This document shows positions 29,596-39,826 of a stretch of DNA of 64,000 nucleotides, in pieces. The stretch's first letter is position 1; each line of letters begins with the position of its first letter. A model generated the notes under the pieces. The model saw only the letters and a program-made list of their open reading frames with translations, did no database searches and had not been told where the DNA came from. The position numbers were made by a program, and so were the translations under genes. This DNA is from an uncultured Clostridia bacterium. GTDB lineage: Bacteria > Bacillota > Dehalobacteriia > UBA4068 > CALXSR01. The stretch is taken from contig CALXSR010000015.1 in NCBI GenBank assembly GCA_944391215.1, forward strand, positions 16,776 to 80,775, given 5' to 3'.

Positions 29596-31550
29596 GTCAA
29601 TTTATCCATACGCTCCTTTTTTTATCCGCTACCACCACCCTTTTTATTTTACCGCTGCTTTTGTTACGGAATTGGTTCTATAAAAAATACCATCCTTTTT
29701 TATTTTATAGCATTTGCCTGATCTTAGCCCTCCATTTACTTTTGCCTTACCAAATAAATATCAGCCAAATTGGTTTAAAACCAATCAATATTGCCGTTCC
29801 AACCAATATTACCATCGGACAAGAAAAAAATACAGCACCGTTGGTCTTAACAGAACCGGAACCAGAAACCGCCCGACTACAGCAGTCATTCCAAGTTGCT
29901 CAACCAATCCCATCGTCGGGCAGTCGTCATTTATCAGCGGTATCTCTTTGCCCTTTCCTTTTTTGTGTTTGGTTGGCAGGTTTTTTATCTTATCTATTGC
30001 AAATATTGCTTGCTTACCGCTATTTTTGCCGTCAACTACAACAAAACTTATCCCCGCTTGCGCCTTCGCTCCTCCCCCTATTACACAAATTACAATGGGA
30101 AATGGGCGTTTATAAGGAAATTACCATTTTACAAACCAGTTTACCGTTAGGCCCACTTCTTTATGGTTTTTGGCGGCCAAAAATTGTATTACCCAATCAA
30201 CCATTAAGTATCACAGAATATGAAATGATATTGCGTCATGAGTTAATGCATGCAAAGCATCACGATTTACTGGCAAAAGCAATGATGCAACTTGCTAACG
30301 CCGTACATTGGTTTAACCCCTTTGTATATTTCCTGACCAAGGAATGTAACAATGCTTGCGAGCATTATTGCGACCATAGCGTGCTGCAAGGACAGGATAA
30401 AAGCTATATCAAAGCTTATGGAGATACGATTTTAACCGTGATGCAACAGAATAAAAAGAAAACCTATGCCTTCACCACCCAGCTATCGGGCAACCAGAAA
30501 ACAATAAAAAAACGTTTTACCCATATGTTAGATAAAGCTCCTAAAAAAAGAGGGATTTTATGTTTTGTTCTTATACTTTGCCTCACCCTAGGTATTACTG
30601 CATGCGTAACTGTAAAACCAGATCATCCGCAGCAAGCACTGGAGCCAGAAAATACAATATCTGCTTCTTATGAAGAAACAATAAAAGCAATTTTAAACCG
30701 TAATTATCTCTCTATGGCAAAACTTTCTACTCCTTATGTAGGCGATCCGGTTGCGGTTGGCAAAGTATTATCCGCTACCCCATTAAATCCATATCGTATC
30801 AAAGGATTACAGATGCAAACCGCTCAACGCCCTTATCGCATCATATTGGATTTTTCTATGCCCCTTTCCTTACAACAGGATGAGATCATCAACGCCTTAG
30901 ACATTGCTACCGTTTTAGATTGTTTTGTTTTAATTGCTAATGTGGATCAAGTGGAATTAAACCATGCTTTTTTTGATGAGAAAGGGCAAGAAACAAAAGA
31001 AAAACGTACCACTCTTTTTAACCGGACCACAATCAATGGCTTATTGCAATGTAATGTGCAAAATTTAGCCAATGACCCCAATCGTTGGAAAAACCATTTA
31101 GAAAAATATTTAACCGGTAATATGGAACAATATGCGGTAATTGTCAGCGATTGCGAACTATTCCCCCAAAAAGGAACAACTGAAAACAGGCAATCGCAAT
31201 CTGACTCTATTCCATTAAAACAGGGTACTTTAGTGCAAATTTTAACTATAAATGAAACGGAGACGGAAGTGGCTTTATTCTTCACCGGCTCTCATGTCAC
31301 ACAGGGCTATGTCGCTAACGCCAATATTTCCACAAAATGGACTGACATCCTCACCTATGCCAAAGAAGGATATATAGACCAAAGCCCACTATACATCAAA
31401 AATGGCAACAAAATTAGCCCGTCCTTCACCCAAATAAGTGGGCAATATCGCATTTTAGAGGAAGAAAGCGATATGGTTTATGCCGAATTAAGCAATGGCA
31501 TGCGCGGTTGGCTTAAAAAAAGCGACTTAATCGTACCATTACCAAATTAA
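29592..31550 (+). CDS. BlaR1-like M56 metallopeptidase sensor with non-PBP C-terminal domain
   Basis: HELMH zinc motif, HWFNP, EHYCD; ATGA overlap with blaI; C-terminal TPYVGD (DUF4825-like). Confidence 0.88.
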   Translation: MSQFIHTLLFLSATTTLFILPLLLLRNWFYKKYHPFLFYSICLILALHLLLPYQINISQIGLKPINIAVPTNITIGQEKNTAPLVLTEPEPETARLQQSFQVAQPIPSSGSRHLSAVSLCPFLFCVWLAGFLSYLLQILLAYRYFCRQLQQNLSPLAPSLLPLLHKLQWEMGVYKEITILQTSLPLGPLLYGFWRPKIVLPNQPLSITEYEMILRHELMHAKHHDLLAKAMMQLANAVHWFNPFVYFLTKECNNACEHYCDHSVLQGQDKSYIKAYGDTILTVMQQNKKKTYAFTTQLSGNQKTIKKRFTHMLDKAPKKRGILCFVLILCLTLGITACVTVKPDHPQQALEPENTISASYEETIKAILNRNYLSMAKLSTPYVGDPVAVGKVLSATPLNPYRIKGLQMQTAQRPYRIILDFSMPLSLQQDEIINALDIATVLDCFVLIANVDQVELNHAFFDEKGQETKEKRTTLFNRTTINGLLQCNVQNLANDPNRWKNHLEKYLTGNMEQYAVIVSDCELFPQKGTTENRQSQSDSIPLKQGTLVQILTINETETEVALFFTGSHVTQGYVANANISTKWTDILTYAKEGYIDQSPLYIKNGNKISPSFTQISGQYRILEEESDMVYAELSNGMRGWLKKSDLIVPLPN

Positions 31551-31576
31551 AGACAAAAGCATTTGTTTTCGTCTTT

Positions 31577-32480
31577 TTATAAAAAAGATAAGAAGATACC
31601 TTGCAAACTATTATTTTGCAAACCAACTGCAATCCGCGGAGATAAATCCGCCGAAAATTGCAATAAATAATTTTGACTAACCGCATTTTGCATTCCCAAA
31701 AGTTCACTTACTTTTTGTGCCGCAATCTGCAACAAATCCATTCTTTGCGCCTGATTCAGCGGCTCTAAGCATCGTTTTATCCTTTCTCGCGCCCCTGTGC
31801 TAATATGCAAACCCCTGATATCCTCTTGCAATAAAACAAGGCCTATGGCGTTGGTAGCAACCGATTCATAAAGATTGATTAAAAGACCGCGATAATCCGG
31901 ACAATAACTTTGCCAAAGAGGAATCATGTGATCTACCCGAAAACGACATAATAAATCATTCTCTATCATCAGGTGTTTGAAATAAGCATTGATATAGTCG
32001 ATACCCAAATAATCATCTGGAATTGTTTGGCAAAGAGGATAATCAATTTGACAGGGTATTTCATGCGCAAAGAAAGTATCATCATATTGCCAAAAAAAGC
32101 ATAGATATTTTTTAAAGTATCCTGCAAAGCAATATTTTCTACTTTAGGCACACCAGAAGAAACCGTTTGCCATAGTTGTGTCCTCATTCTATTTTAGATG
32201 CAATTTCCTTTCTACCCAATTGATACTGTTCTTTAAGATATACTTATAGCCATTCTTTTTTTGGTTGCCAAAAGGGATCTGGCGGAATATGCAAAATATA
32301 ACAAAGCCCCCATAATAAATTTTGCACAATCTCCTTTGGTACTGAAGTACTTTCTCTCATCGTATAGCGCCTGGTTTGCCAAGCTAACAACCGATAGAAC
32401 TTTATTTGTCATAACAAAAATTCTTCCTCGGTAAAATCCGTTTGCTCCGGAAACAATTCCGATATGATATTTTCTGGCAA
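31577..32480 (-). pseudogene. Disrupted DUF6179-like gene
   Basis: AAGGAGG RBS + TTG 32480; TGA at codon 24; RYTMRESTSVP, LQDTLKNIYAFF and FFAHEIPCQIDYPL are separated by stops/frameshift. Confidence 0.65.
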
Positions 32481-32491
32481 ATTATTCCTCC

Positions 32492-32941
32492 TTATTTTCC
32501 ACACAAAGATCCTCGCCACGTAAAAAAACGGCATATTGCCTCTAAAGATGTTCCTGCTAAATATTCCACCGATCCCTGTCTTGCCCCATTAAAAACGGTT
32601 TGCATCGCAGTAATTAAGGCATCATCTGATAAATGTTCTAATGATTCCGTTTTATAATAATAAAACATCTTCTGTAAAGAAAACAAAGTCCCCTCATAAT
32701 TATTTTGCGACAGATGGAGAGAAGAACAAAAAGCAATAATCAATTTCTTTAAAATGCCATCACCAAATTCCATCCTGCCTGCATTTTGCAAAGCGCCCAA
32801 ACGATGCTCCAGCAAATTTCGTATTTGCTGATTTGACAACACCAGGCCAAATTTTTGACTCATTGCATTACAATCGGCAATTCCCTGTATCATTACGGTT
32901 ACCGGTTTAGAAAGAATGGTCCAAGCATTCCAGTCTTCCAT
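32492..32941 (-). CDS. DUF6323-like protein
   Basis: FGLVLS, GRMEFGDGILKKLI.AFC.S, FYYYKTES, SDDALI. Confidence 0.65.
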   Translation of the reverse strand: MEDWNAWTILSKPVTVMIQGIADCNAMSQKFGLVLSNQQIRNLLEHRLGALQNAGRMEFGDGILKKLIIAFCSSLHLSQNNYEGTLFSLQKMFYYYKTESLEHLSDDALITAMQTVFNGARQGSVEYLAGTSLEAICRFFTWRGSLCGK

Positions 32942-33103
32942 TTATCCACCCCATCGTATATAAATTACACTATTATCATGCCAGTTACAAGATTTGATCC
33001 TTGGGTAATTTTGTGTTATGATAAATACGTAAAAAGCGAAAATATTTTGTAAAAAAGCAAAATGTTTTCGCTCTTTTATTTTATAATAGCGATTAGAAAC
33101 AAT

Positions 33104-33132
33104 AAAAAAGCCTCTCAAACGAGAGGCTTTTT
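33104..33132 (-). terminator. Terminator of the nuo operon
   Basis: AAAAAAGCCTCTC-AAAC-GAGAGGCTTTTT about 35 bp after the second nuoM. Confidence 0.85.
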
Positions 33133-33167
33133 CGTATGGGTTCTTTTCCAAATTTTAATACTTGGTT

Positions 33168-34634
33168 TTACATCCCAAACAGGTGAAGAATCTGTCCTAC
33201 AATCGGGTCAAATACCGCCATTAAACCATTGGGCTGCAACCCGAAATAAATCGATAGTATTAACAAAATACCCATTGGCACCAATTCATAATAAGAACCG
33301 TCATGGATATGTCCTAATTCCGGGTTGGTTTCGCCAAAAGCAATTCTCTGAAAAGACCATAAATAATAAACAACCGCAATAATCATCCCTAATGCAACCA
33401 GGAAGGCAATATAGCGGAAGGCTTGCCATACGCCCATCAATACAGAAAACTCCCCAATGAAACCAACAAAGCCGGGTAACCCCATAGAAGCAAAAAAGGC
33501 TAATACAAATAAAGTCATGGCTTTTGGCATTTTACTATATAATCCGCTTAATTTAGAAATCAAACGCGTGCCACAAGAATGCTGGATAACGCCACACCCC
33601 ATAAAGAGCATTGCCGATACCAAACCATGCCCAACCATTTGGAAAATAGCCCCTTTGATACCAGGGGCAGTTAAACTGGCAACACCAATTAACACAAAGC
33701 CCATATGACTGATACTGGAATAAGCGATCATCTTCTTTAAATCATCCTGCGATAAAGCGACATAAGCGCCGTATACAATACTGAGCAAGGCCAAAATTAT
33801 CACCAACGGCGTGTATGCCTGCGCACCTTGCGGATTCATCATATAAGCGATACGAATGAGCCCATAACCACCCATTTTCAACAAAATACCAGCCAACAGA
33901 ACACTACCGCCAGTAGGCGCTTCTACGTGGGCATCCGGCAGCCAGGTATGGACTGGAATAACCGGCAATTTCACACAGAAGGCAAACAGCAAAGCGGGGA
34001 AAACCAGTAACTGGAACCCGGTGCTAAAGCCGGCTCCCATAATCTCCGGCATGGAAAATGTGAAATAGCCCAATAAATGAGAGGCCGCAAAAGCCATGGC
34101 CCCAATGGCTAAAAGCATTATTAAACTGGCCACATGGGTATAAATTAAAAACTTCATAGAAGCATAGCTACGGCGTGGACCACCCCAAATACCAATGATA
34201 AAAAACATCGGGATCAAAACAATTTCCCAGAAAATATAGAATAAGAAGAAATCTAAAGCAGAAAAAACACCTAAAACACCGGTTTCTAAAATCATCAATA
34301 AGGAGAAATATAAAGGCGCTCTTTCTTCCGTTTTCCAGGAAAAGATAACAACCAAGAAAACCAAAAGAGCCGTTAAAAGGAACAAAGGTAAACTTAACCC
34401 ATCTAAACCAACGGCAAAACTAACCCCAAAGGCAGGAAACCATTGATTTACTTGCCCCAACTGGTAACCTACACCAGTAAAATCAAATTGGAAGCAAGCA
34501 TAAATACCCAAAATAAGCGTAATCAAAGAACCAATAAAAGCCATAACCCTTGCCATGCCGTCGCTGTTTTTGCTGATAAAAATGGCCACGGTAGTAATTA
34601 AGGGGATTAACAGCATCCAGGTTATAATACTCAT
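33168..34634 (-). CDS. nuoM: Complex I antiporter-like subunit M, second copy (NuoM2)
   Basis: FWE, VKLPVIPVHTWLPDAHVEAPT, LLKMGGYG, SSISHMG, GFIGEF; AAGGAGG RBS, start 35 bp after nuoN stop. Confidence 0.93.
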   Translation of the reverse strand: MSIITWMLLIPLITTVAIFISKNSDGMARVMAFIGSLITLILGIYACFQFDFTGVGYQLGQVNQWFPAFGVSFAVGLDGLSLPLFLLTALLVFLVVIFSWKTEERAPLYFSLLMILETGVLGVFSALDFFLFYIFWEIVLIPMFFIIGIWGGPRRSYASMKFLIYTHVASLIMLLAIGAMAFAASHLLGYFTFSMPEIMGAGFSTGFQLLVFPALLFAFCVKLPVIPVHTWLPDAHVEAPTGGSVLLAGILLKMGGYGLIRIAYMMNPQGAQAYTPLVIILALLSIVYGAYVALSQDDLKKMIAYSSISHMGFVLIGVASLTAPGIKGAIFQMVGHGLVSAMLFMGCGVIQHSCGTRLISKLSGLYSKMPKAMTLFVLAFFASMGLPGFVGFIGEFSVLMGVWQAFRYIAFLVALGMIIAVVYYLWSFQRIAFGETNPELGHIHDGSYYELVPMGILLILSIYFGLQPNGLMAVFDPIVGQILHLFGM

Positions 34635-34669
34635 TGAACTACCTCCTTTAATAGAATCTCATTCCAAAA

Positions 34670-36118
34670 TTAAGGCAACAATATTGCGACGGCCGCCTGG
34701 CAAAGCATGAAAAGCTGATTGGGGAATAAACCCAAAAGAAGCAGCAAGCCAACACATATCGCAAGCGCCGTGGAATAAGAAACTATTTCTCCCCATTTTG
34801 CTTTCGGGGCAGTTTCCGCTGATGCCGGACTCATATACATGACTTTAATGAGTCGGGCATAATAAACCATAGAAAGGGCGCTGTTTAAAACAAGGATTAA
34901 AGCTAAAAGAATCATGCCGCCGCCCACTTCAAAGGCGGAAATGACAATCACCATTTTACTCCAAAAACCAAGCAAAGGCGGTACCCCTGCTAAGGACAAT
35001 AAAATAACGGAAAGGCCTAAAGCCAATAAGGGAACTGATTTACCCAAACCATGAAAAGATTGCAAGGAGTAATCTTGTTTCTTTTTACAAACCGCCTCAA
35101 TGCCAAAGAAAGCGCCAACAGCCATCAAACCATGGGCAACAATATGCATGATAGCGCCAGCTGCAGCCAAAGGCGTAAAGATCGCCAACCCAACCAAAAT
35201 ATTACCGGCATGCGCAATACTGGAGTAGGCCAACATCCTTTTCATATCATTTTGTACCAAAGCCACAATATTGCCAATCGTCATTGTTAAAGCAGCGATA
35301 ATAGCAAACAACAATATCACATGCAATTTAATCGCAATCAGCGTAGCCAAAAATAGTTTTAATACTACTACGAAAGCACCTTTTTTGGTAATCCCAGCTA
35401 AAAAAGCAGAAACTGGAGTCGGCGAACCTTCATAAGCATCTGGCGCCCAAAGGTGGAAAGGAACAATCGCCATTTTATAACCAAATCCAGCTAATAGGAA
35501 TATCATAGCCACAATTAAAATCGGCTGCAAAGTAGAAGCCTGTAAAACAGTGGCCACCACGCTTAATTGCACACTGCCCGTTAAACCATACAATAGCGAT
35601 AAGCCATATAAAATGAGGGCCGAAGAGAAAGCGCCTGTTACAAAATACTTAATAGCAGCTTCTTTCCCTTTTTCACTTTTTTGGTCAATAATGGGCAAAG
35701 CATAAGTCGAAATACTAACCAATTCAAAAGCCACAAATAAAGTGATGAAATCACCGGCGCTGCCCAAAAACATTAATCCCATGGTTGCAACCAATAACAA
35801 GCTAATATATTCTTTGGCAAAGCGCAAGTTTTGCAAATAGTTATAGGAACCCAATATGGTAATACCCGCTAGCACCAAAAAGATCAATTTCATCAATTCA
35901 CTAAAAGCATTGATTTCCATAGAGCCAAAAAGCATTACCGTATTCGCCCCGGTAAACAAAAACCAAACGGTACCTAAAAAAGATAAGCCAATCGCACCCA
36001 AGGCAAATACCATAGGTATGTTTTTACTAGCCCGCGGCAAAAGGAAAATAACAATCGCCACCAAAGCTAAAAGGATTTCCGGAGCAAAATACTGTAAATC
36101 AGAAGGCGTAATACCCAT
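34670..36118 (-). CDS. nuoN: Complex I subunit N
   Basis: PEILL, EAAIKYF, YKMAIVPFHLWAPDAYEGSPTP, KRMLAYSSIAH. Confidence 0.93.
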   Translation of the reverse strand: MGITPSDLQYFAPEILLALVAIVIFLLPRASKNIPMVFALGAIGLSFLGTVWFLFTGANTVMLFGSMEINAFSELMKLIFLVLAGITILGSYNYLQNLRFAKEYISLLLVATMGLMFLGSAGDFITLFVAFELVSISTYALPIIDQKSEKGKEAAIKYFVTGAFSSALILYGLSLLYGLTGSVQLSVVATVLQASTLQPILIVAMIFLLAGFGYKMAIVPFHLWAPDAYEGSPTPVSAFLAGITKKGAFVVVLKLFLATLIAIKLHVILLFAIIAALTMTIGNIVALVQNDMKRMLAYSSIAHAGNILVGLAIFTPLAAAGAIMHIVAHGLMAVGAFFGIEAVCKKKQDYSLQSFHGLGKSVPLLALGLSVILLSLAGVPPLLGFWSKMVIVISAFEVGGGMILLALILVLNSALSMVYYARLIKVMYMSPASAETAPKAKWGEIVSYSTALAICVGLLLLLGLFPNQLFMLCQAAVAILLP

Positions 36119-37602
36119 TAGAGAACACCTCCTAACAATTGCAAAATATATTGCGAACTCACATTAATCACATTTAAAATAGGAGCCGGGCAAATCCCAA
36201 AGAACAATACCAAAGCCCCTAGCACCGTTAAAGGAACGCTCTGATACCAAGTTAAATCATGCGGATGATGCACTTCCAGGGATTCCCGATAAGGACCAAA
36301 GAAAGCTCTTTGCAGGGCCCACAAATAATAAGCAGCCGTAATAACCAAAGAAATCATAGCTACCAAAGTAAGGGCCGGGTAAACGGAAAACGCTCCCAAA
36401 AATACCAGTAATTCCGCCACAAACCCCGCTAACAAGGGCAAACCTAAAGAGGCGAAGAAAGTGAATACGAAAAAGGTAGCCAAACGAGGTAAACGATTTG
36501 CCAAACCGCCCAATTCGGAAATTCTTCTGGTATGGAAAGTATGTTGTAAAATACCGCAAAGCATAAATAACATTGCTGAAATTAAGCCATGCGCAAACAT
36601 TTGATAAATGGCGCCATTGAAACCATTCACATTCATAACCGCCAAACCGAGTAAAACAGAACCCATATGGCTTACAGAAGAGTAGGCCACCATTTTTTTC
36701 ATATCGTCTTGTGCCAAAGCAAGGAAAGCGCCATACACCATACTAATAACCCCTAAAATAGCCATCGGTAAAGCATAATACTTGGCTGCTTCCGGCATTA
36801 AGCAAAAAGCAATACGAATTAAACCATAGCCGCCCATTTTTAATAATACCCCAGCCAAAAGAACACTACCGCCGGTAGGCGCTTCTACGTGGGCATCCGG
36901 TAACCAAGTGTGGAAAGGTACAACCGGAATTTTCACCGCAAAACCAAAGAATAAGGCTGGGAAGACCAAATACTGGAAGGAGCTAGCAAAGTGTACCTTT
37001 TGCATAATCTCTATCATGTTAAAGGTATAATATCCCAGCTCTCTGCCGGCTACAAAATACATAGCGATGATGCCCACCAGCATAATTAAACTGGCTACAT
37101 GTGTATAAACAAAAAACTTCAACGCCGCATAACGACGACGAGGACCGCCCCATTCGATAATTAAGAAATACATGGGTATTAAAACCAATTCCCAGAATAG
37201 ATAGAACAGGAAAAAGTCCAAACTCATGAAAACACCCAAGACACCCGTTTCCAAAAGCATTAACAGGGTAAAATAGGTTTTCGTTTTATGATCCACATCA
37301 AAAGAAAACAATGTCGTCAACGTGGTTAAAAGCGTAGTCAACATCACCAAAGGCATGCTTAACCCATCAATCCCCAAATAATAGCTGATACCGAAATCCT
37401 GAATCCAGGGAATCAATACCGAAAATTGCAGTTGGCTATTCGTCCAATCGAAACCAAGCAAAGCAAATACAGAAAGTACCAATGGAATTAAAGATACCGC
37501 AAAAGCAATCCATTTGGCTCTTTTGGTGGTGGTTCCGAATAAGAATACAAGCAATGCTGCTACCAATGGGGTAAAGAGAATGAATGTTAGCAAATGATTC
37601 AT
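36118..37602 (-). CDS. nuoM: Complex I subunit M, first copy (NuoM1)
   Basis: FWE, VKIPVVPFHTWLPDAHVEAPT, LLKMGGYG, GFVAEL; TAATG coupling to nuoL. Confidence 0.93.
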   Translation of the reverse strand: MNHLLTFILFTPLVAALLVFLFGTTTKRAKWIAFAVSLIPLVLSVFALLGFDWTNSQLQFSVLIPWIQDFGISYYLGIDGLSMPLVMLTTLLTTLTTLFSFDVDHKTKTYFTLLMLLETGVLGVFMSLDFFLFYLFWELVLIPMYFLIIEWGGPRRRYAALKFFVYTHVASLIMLVGIIAMYFVAGRELGYYTFNMIEIMQKVHFASSFQYLVFPALFFGFAVKIPVVPFHTWLPDAHVEAPTGGSVLLAGVLLKMGGYGLIRIAFCLMPEAAKYYALPMAILGVISMVYGAFLALAQDDMKKMVAYSSVSHMGSVLLGLAVMNVNGFNGAIYQMFAHGLISAMLFMLCGILQHTFHTRRISELGGLANRLPRLATFFVFTFFASLGLPLLAGFVAELLVFLGAFSVYPALTLVAMISLVITAAYYLWALQRAFFGPYRESLEVHHPHDLTWYQSVPLTVLGALVLFFGICPAPILNVINVSSQYILQLLGGVL

Positions 37603-39482
37603 TATAACAACCCTCCCCATACCAATGCAATCATAACGGTGACAGCCGCCGCAATGAGTAGCAAGTATTGTTGTAACTGCCCGGTAGAAGTTTTACGGAT
37701 TTCACTACCGCCAAAGACAAAACCGGAACAAATACCGCGTATAATCCCATCTACAATATAAATATCTACCCATTTTGCTGCTTTAGAAACCAGCAGGGTG
37801 ACATCACGAACAATATGGATAATACCGTCAATCACATGTTTATCGAAAAAGTCCGCTACTTTGGCAAGGCCAACTACAATATGATTACAAAACCAATTAT
37901 AAGCAGCATCAATATAGTAACGGTTAATCAATAAAGTACAAATACCTTTAAAGGTATTGGCAATTTTAGCGGCGCTAATTTTCTGCCAGCCATAAATAAC
38001 AGTCGCCAATAAAAATCCTAGCAGAGCGACTACAATGGAAATCATCATCACGGTATTGCTGCCATGTGCCATCGTTTCACCAGTAATAAAGCGCGCAATC
38101 GGTTTGCTAAATAAACCGGAAAAAGCAGCAAAGAAAGAAAGCACCACCAAAGGAATTAACATGGTTTTTCCGCAAGCATGACCATGTTTTTCCGTGCGCG
38201 GTTTGCCAGCAAATACCACATAATATAAACGGAACATATAAAATGCGGTTAAAAAGCTTGCTAAAAGCAAAATGCCACAAAAAATTGGATTTGCGTGCGC
38301 CGCACCAATTAAAATTTCGTCTTTACTCCAAAAACCGGATAAAGGCGGAATCCCAGCAATAGAAATGGTAGCAATTAAAACGGTAATAGCAGTAACTTTA
38401 TCCTTTTTCCAAACACCGCCCATTTCCCAAATATTATTGGTACCGGTAACGTGAATAACACAACCGGCTCCCAAAAAGAGCAATGCTTTAAAGAAAGCAT
38501 GGTTTATCAAATGTAAAATTGCACCCGCCATATTTAAAGTTCCCAAAGCTACCACCATAAAACCTAGCTGGCTTAAGGTGGAAAAAGCCAAAACCCGTTT
38601 AAAGTCCGTAGCCGTTAAGGCCATTAAAGCGGTGCCCAAGGCAGTAATTAAACCAATGATAACCATAAAATTCTGCGAAATAGGCGCTAAAACCAACAGG
38701 GGCATAAAACGAGCCATTAAATATATCCCGGCTTTTACCATGGTAGCAGCGTGAATTAAAGCAGAAACCGGCGTGGGCCCTTCCATAGCATCCGGTAACC
38801 AAACGTGCAGCGGAAATTGTGCCGATTTCCCAATTACCCCGCCAAACAAACCCAAGGTAGCAGCGGTAATCCAAAAAGGATCCATATTGGCTGCTGCGGC
38901 AAAAATTTCATGATATTGTAAAGAACCCGTTTGGGTATACAAAATCAAAATACCAATCAACATAAAAACGTCGCCCACTCTGGTGGTCAAAAACGCTTTT
39001 TTTGCAGCAGCAGCAGCAGATGGTTTATGAAACCAAAAGCCAATTAATAAGTAAGAGCACAGACCCATAATTTCCCAAAAAATGAAAGCCTGTAAAATAT
39101 TATCAGCAATGACTACGCCAAGCATAGAGAAAGTAAATAACTGGACTTCAGCAAAAAAGCGCATTAAACCGCCTTCCCCGTGCATGTAGCCATTGGCATA
39201 TAATAAAATGAAAGTTGCTAAAAAAGATACCAATAATAATAAGGTAATGGTAAGTGGATCCAGCATAAAGCCAAATTTAAAATTTAAAAACCAGGTAAAT
39301 TCCACTTGTTTTACCGTACCGGCAATCACATCAGGCAATACAGATAAACTCATGCAAAAAGAAGCGATGGTGCCCAACATACCCAAATAAGCGCTTTTCA
39401 AACCCAGCTTTTTGCCAAAAAGCAAGGTTAATATCATGGTAAATAAAACCGGCATCGGTATTAACCAAAAGTAGTCTATCAT
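37602..39482 (-). CDS. nuoL: Complex I subunit L with extended amphipathic helix
   Basis: FWEIMG, GKSAQFPLHVWLPDAMEGPTPVSALIHAATMV, NHAFFKALLF, GFWSKD. Confidence 0.95.
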   Translation of the reverse strand: MIDYFWLIPMPVLFTMILTLLFGKKLGLKSAYLGMLGTIASFCMSLSVLPDVIAGTVKQVEFTWFLNFKFGFMLDPLTITLLLLVSFLATFILLYANGYMHGEGGLMRFFAEVQLFTFSMLGVVIADNILQAFIFWEIMGLCSYLLIGFWFHKPSAAAAAKKAFLTTRVGDVFMLIGILILYTQTGSLQYHEIFAAAANMDPFWITAATLGLFGGVIGKSAQFPLHVWLPDAMEGPTPVSALIHAATMVKAGIYLMARFMPLLVLAPISQNFMVIIGLITALGTALMALTATDFKRVLAFSTLSQLGFMVVALGTLNMAGAILHLINHAFFKALLFLGAGCVIHVTGTNNIWEMGGVWKKDKVTAITVLIATISIAGIPPLSGFWSKDEILIGAAHANPIFCGILLLASFLTAFYMFRLYYVVFAGKPRTEKHGHACGKTMLIPLVVLSFFAAFSGLFSKPIARFITGETMAHGSNTVMMISIVVALLGFLLATVIYGWQKISAAKIANTFKGICTLLINRYYIDAAYNWFCNHIVVGLAKVADFFDKHVIDGIIHIVRDVTLLVSKAAKWVDIYIVDGIIRGICSGFVFGGSEIRKTSTGQLQQYLLLIAAAVTVMIALVWGGLL

Positions 39483-39511
39483 TTTTTCACCTCATTTCCA
39501 TAAAATTCCGG

Positions 39512-39826
39512 TTACCAGCGCAGCAGATTGAATTTGTCCAAATCCAAACTGCCTTTGCTGCGGTAAAGCGCAATGGCAATCGCTAAACCAATTGCAACTT
39601 CCGCCGCCGCAATGACGATGACGAAAATAGAGAAAATTTCGCCGGCGCCGTTGGAAAGAGGCAGAAATTTGCTAAAAGCCAGTAAATTGATATTCACTGC
39701 ATTAAGCATCAACTCAATCGAAAGTAGAATAGAAATGACATGCTTTTTGCCAATGGCTCCAAAAAGCCCAATCGCAAATAAAGCCGCTCCCAATAATAAA
39801 TAATGTGTTAAGCCAATTTCAAGCAT
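39512..39826 (-). CDS. nuoK: Complex I subunit K
   Basis: SIELMLNA, AAAEVAIGLA. Confidence 0.95.
   Translation of the reverse strand: MLEIGLTHYLLLGAALFAIGLFGAIGKKHVISILLSIELMLNAVNINLLAFSKFLPLSNGAGEIFSIFVIVIAAAEVAIGLAIAIALYRSKGSLDLDKFNLLRW

Noticed and set aside
32409-32411. In-frame TGA as selenocysteine or readthrough
   Set aside because: Further stops/frameshifts downstream point to decay
33168-34634. Second nuoM as an assembly duplication or pseudogene
   Set aside because: Clearly diverged from M1 outside the core, intact frame, RBS and key residues, and matched by the NuoL repeat
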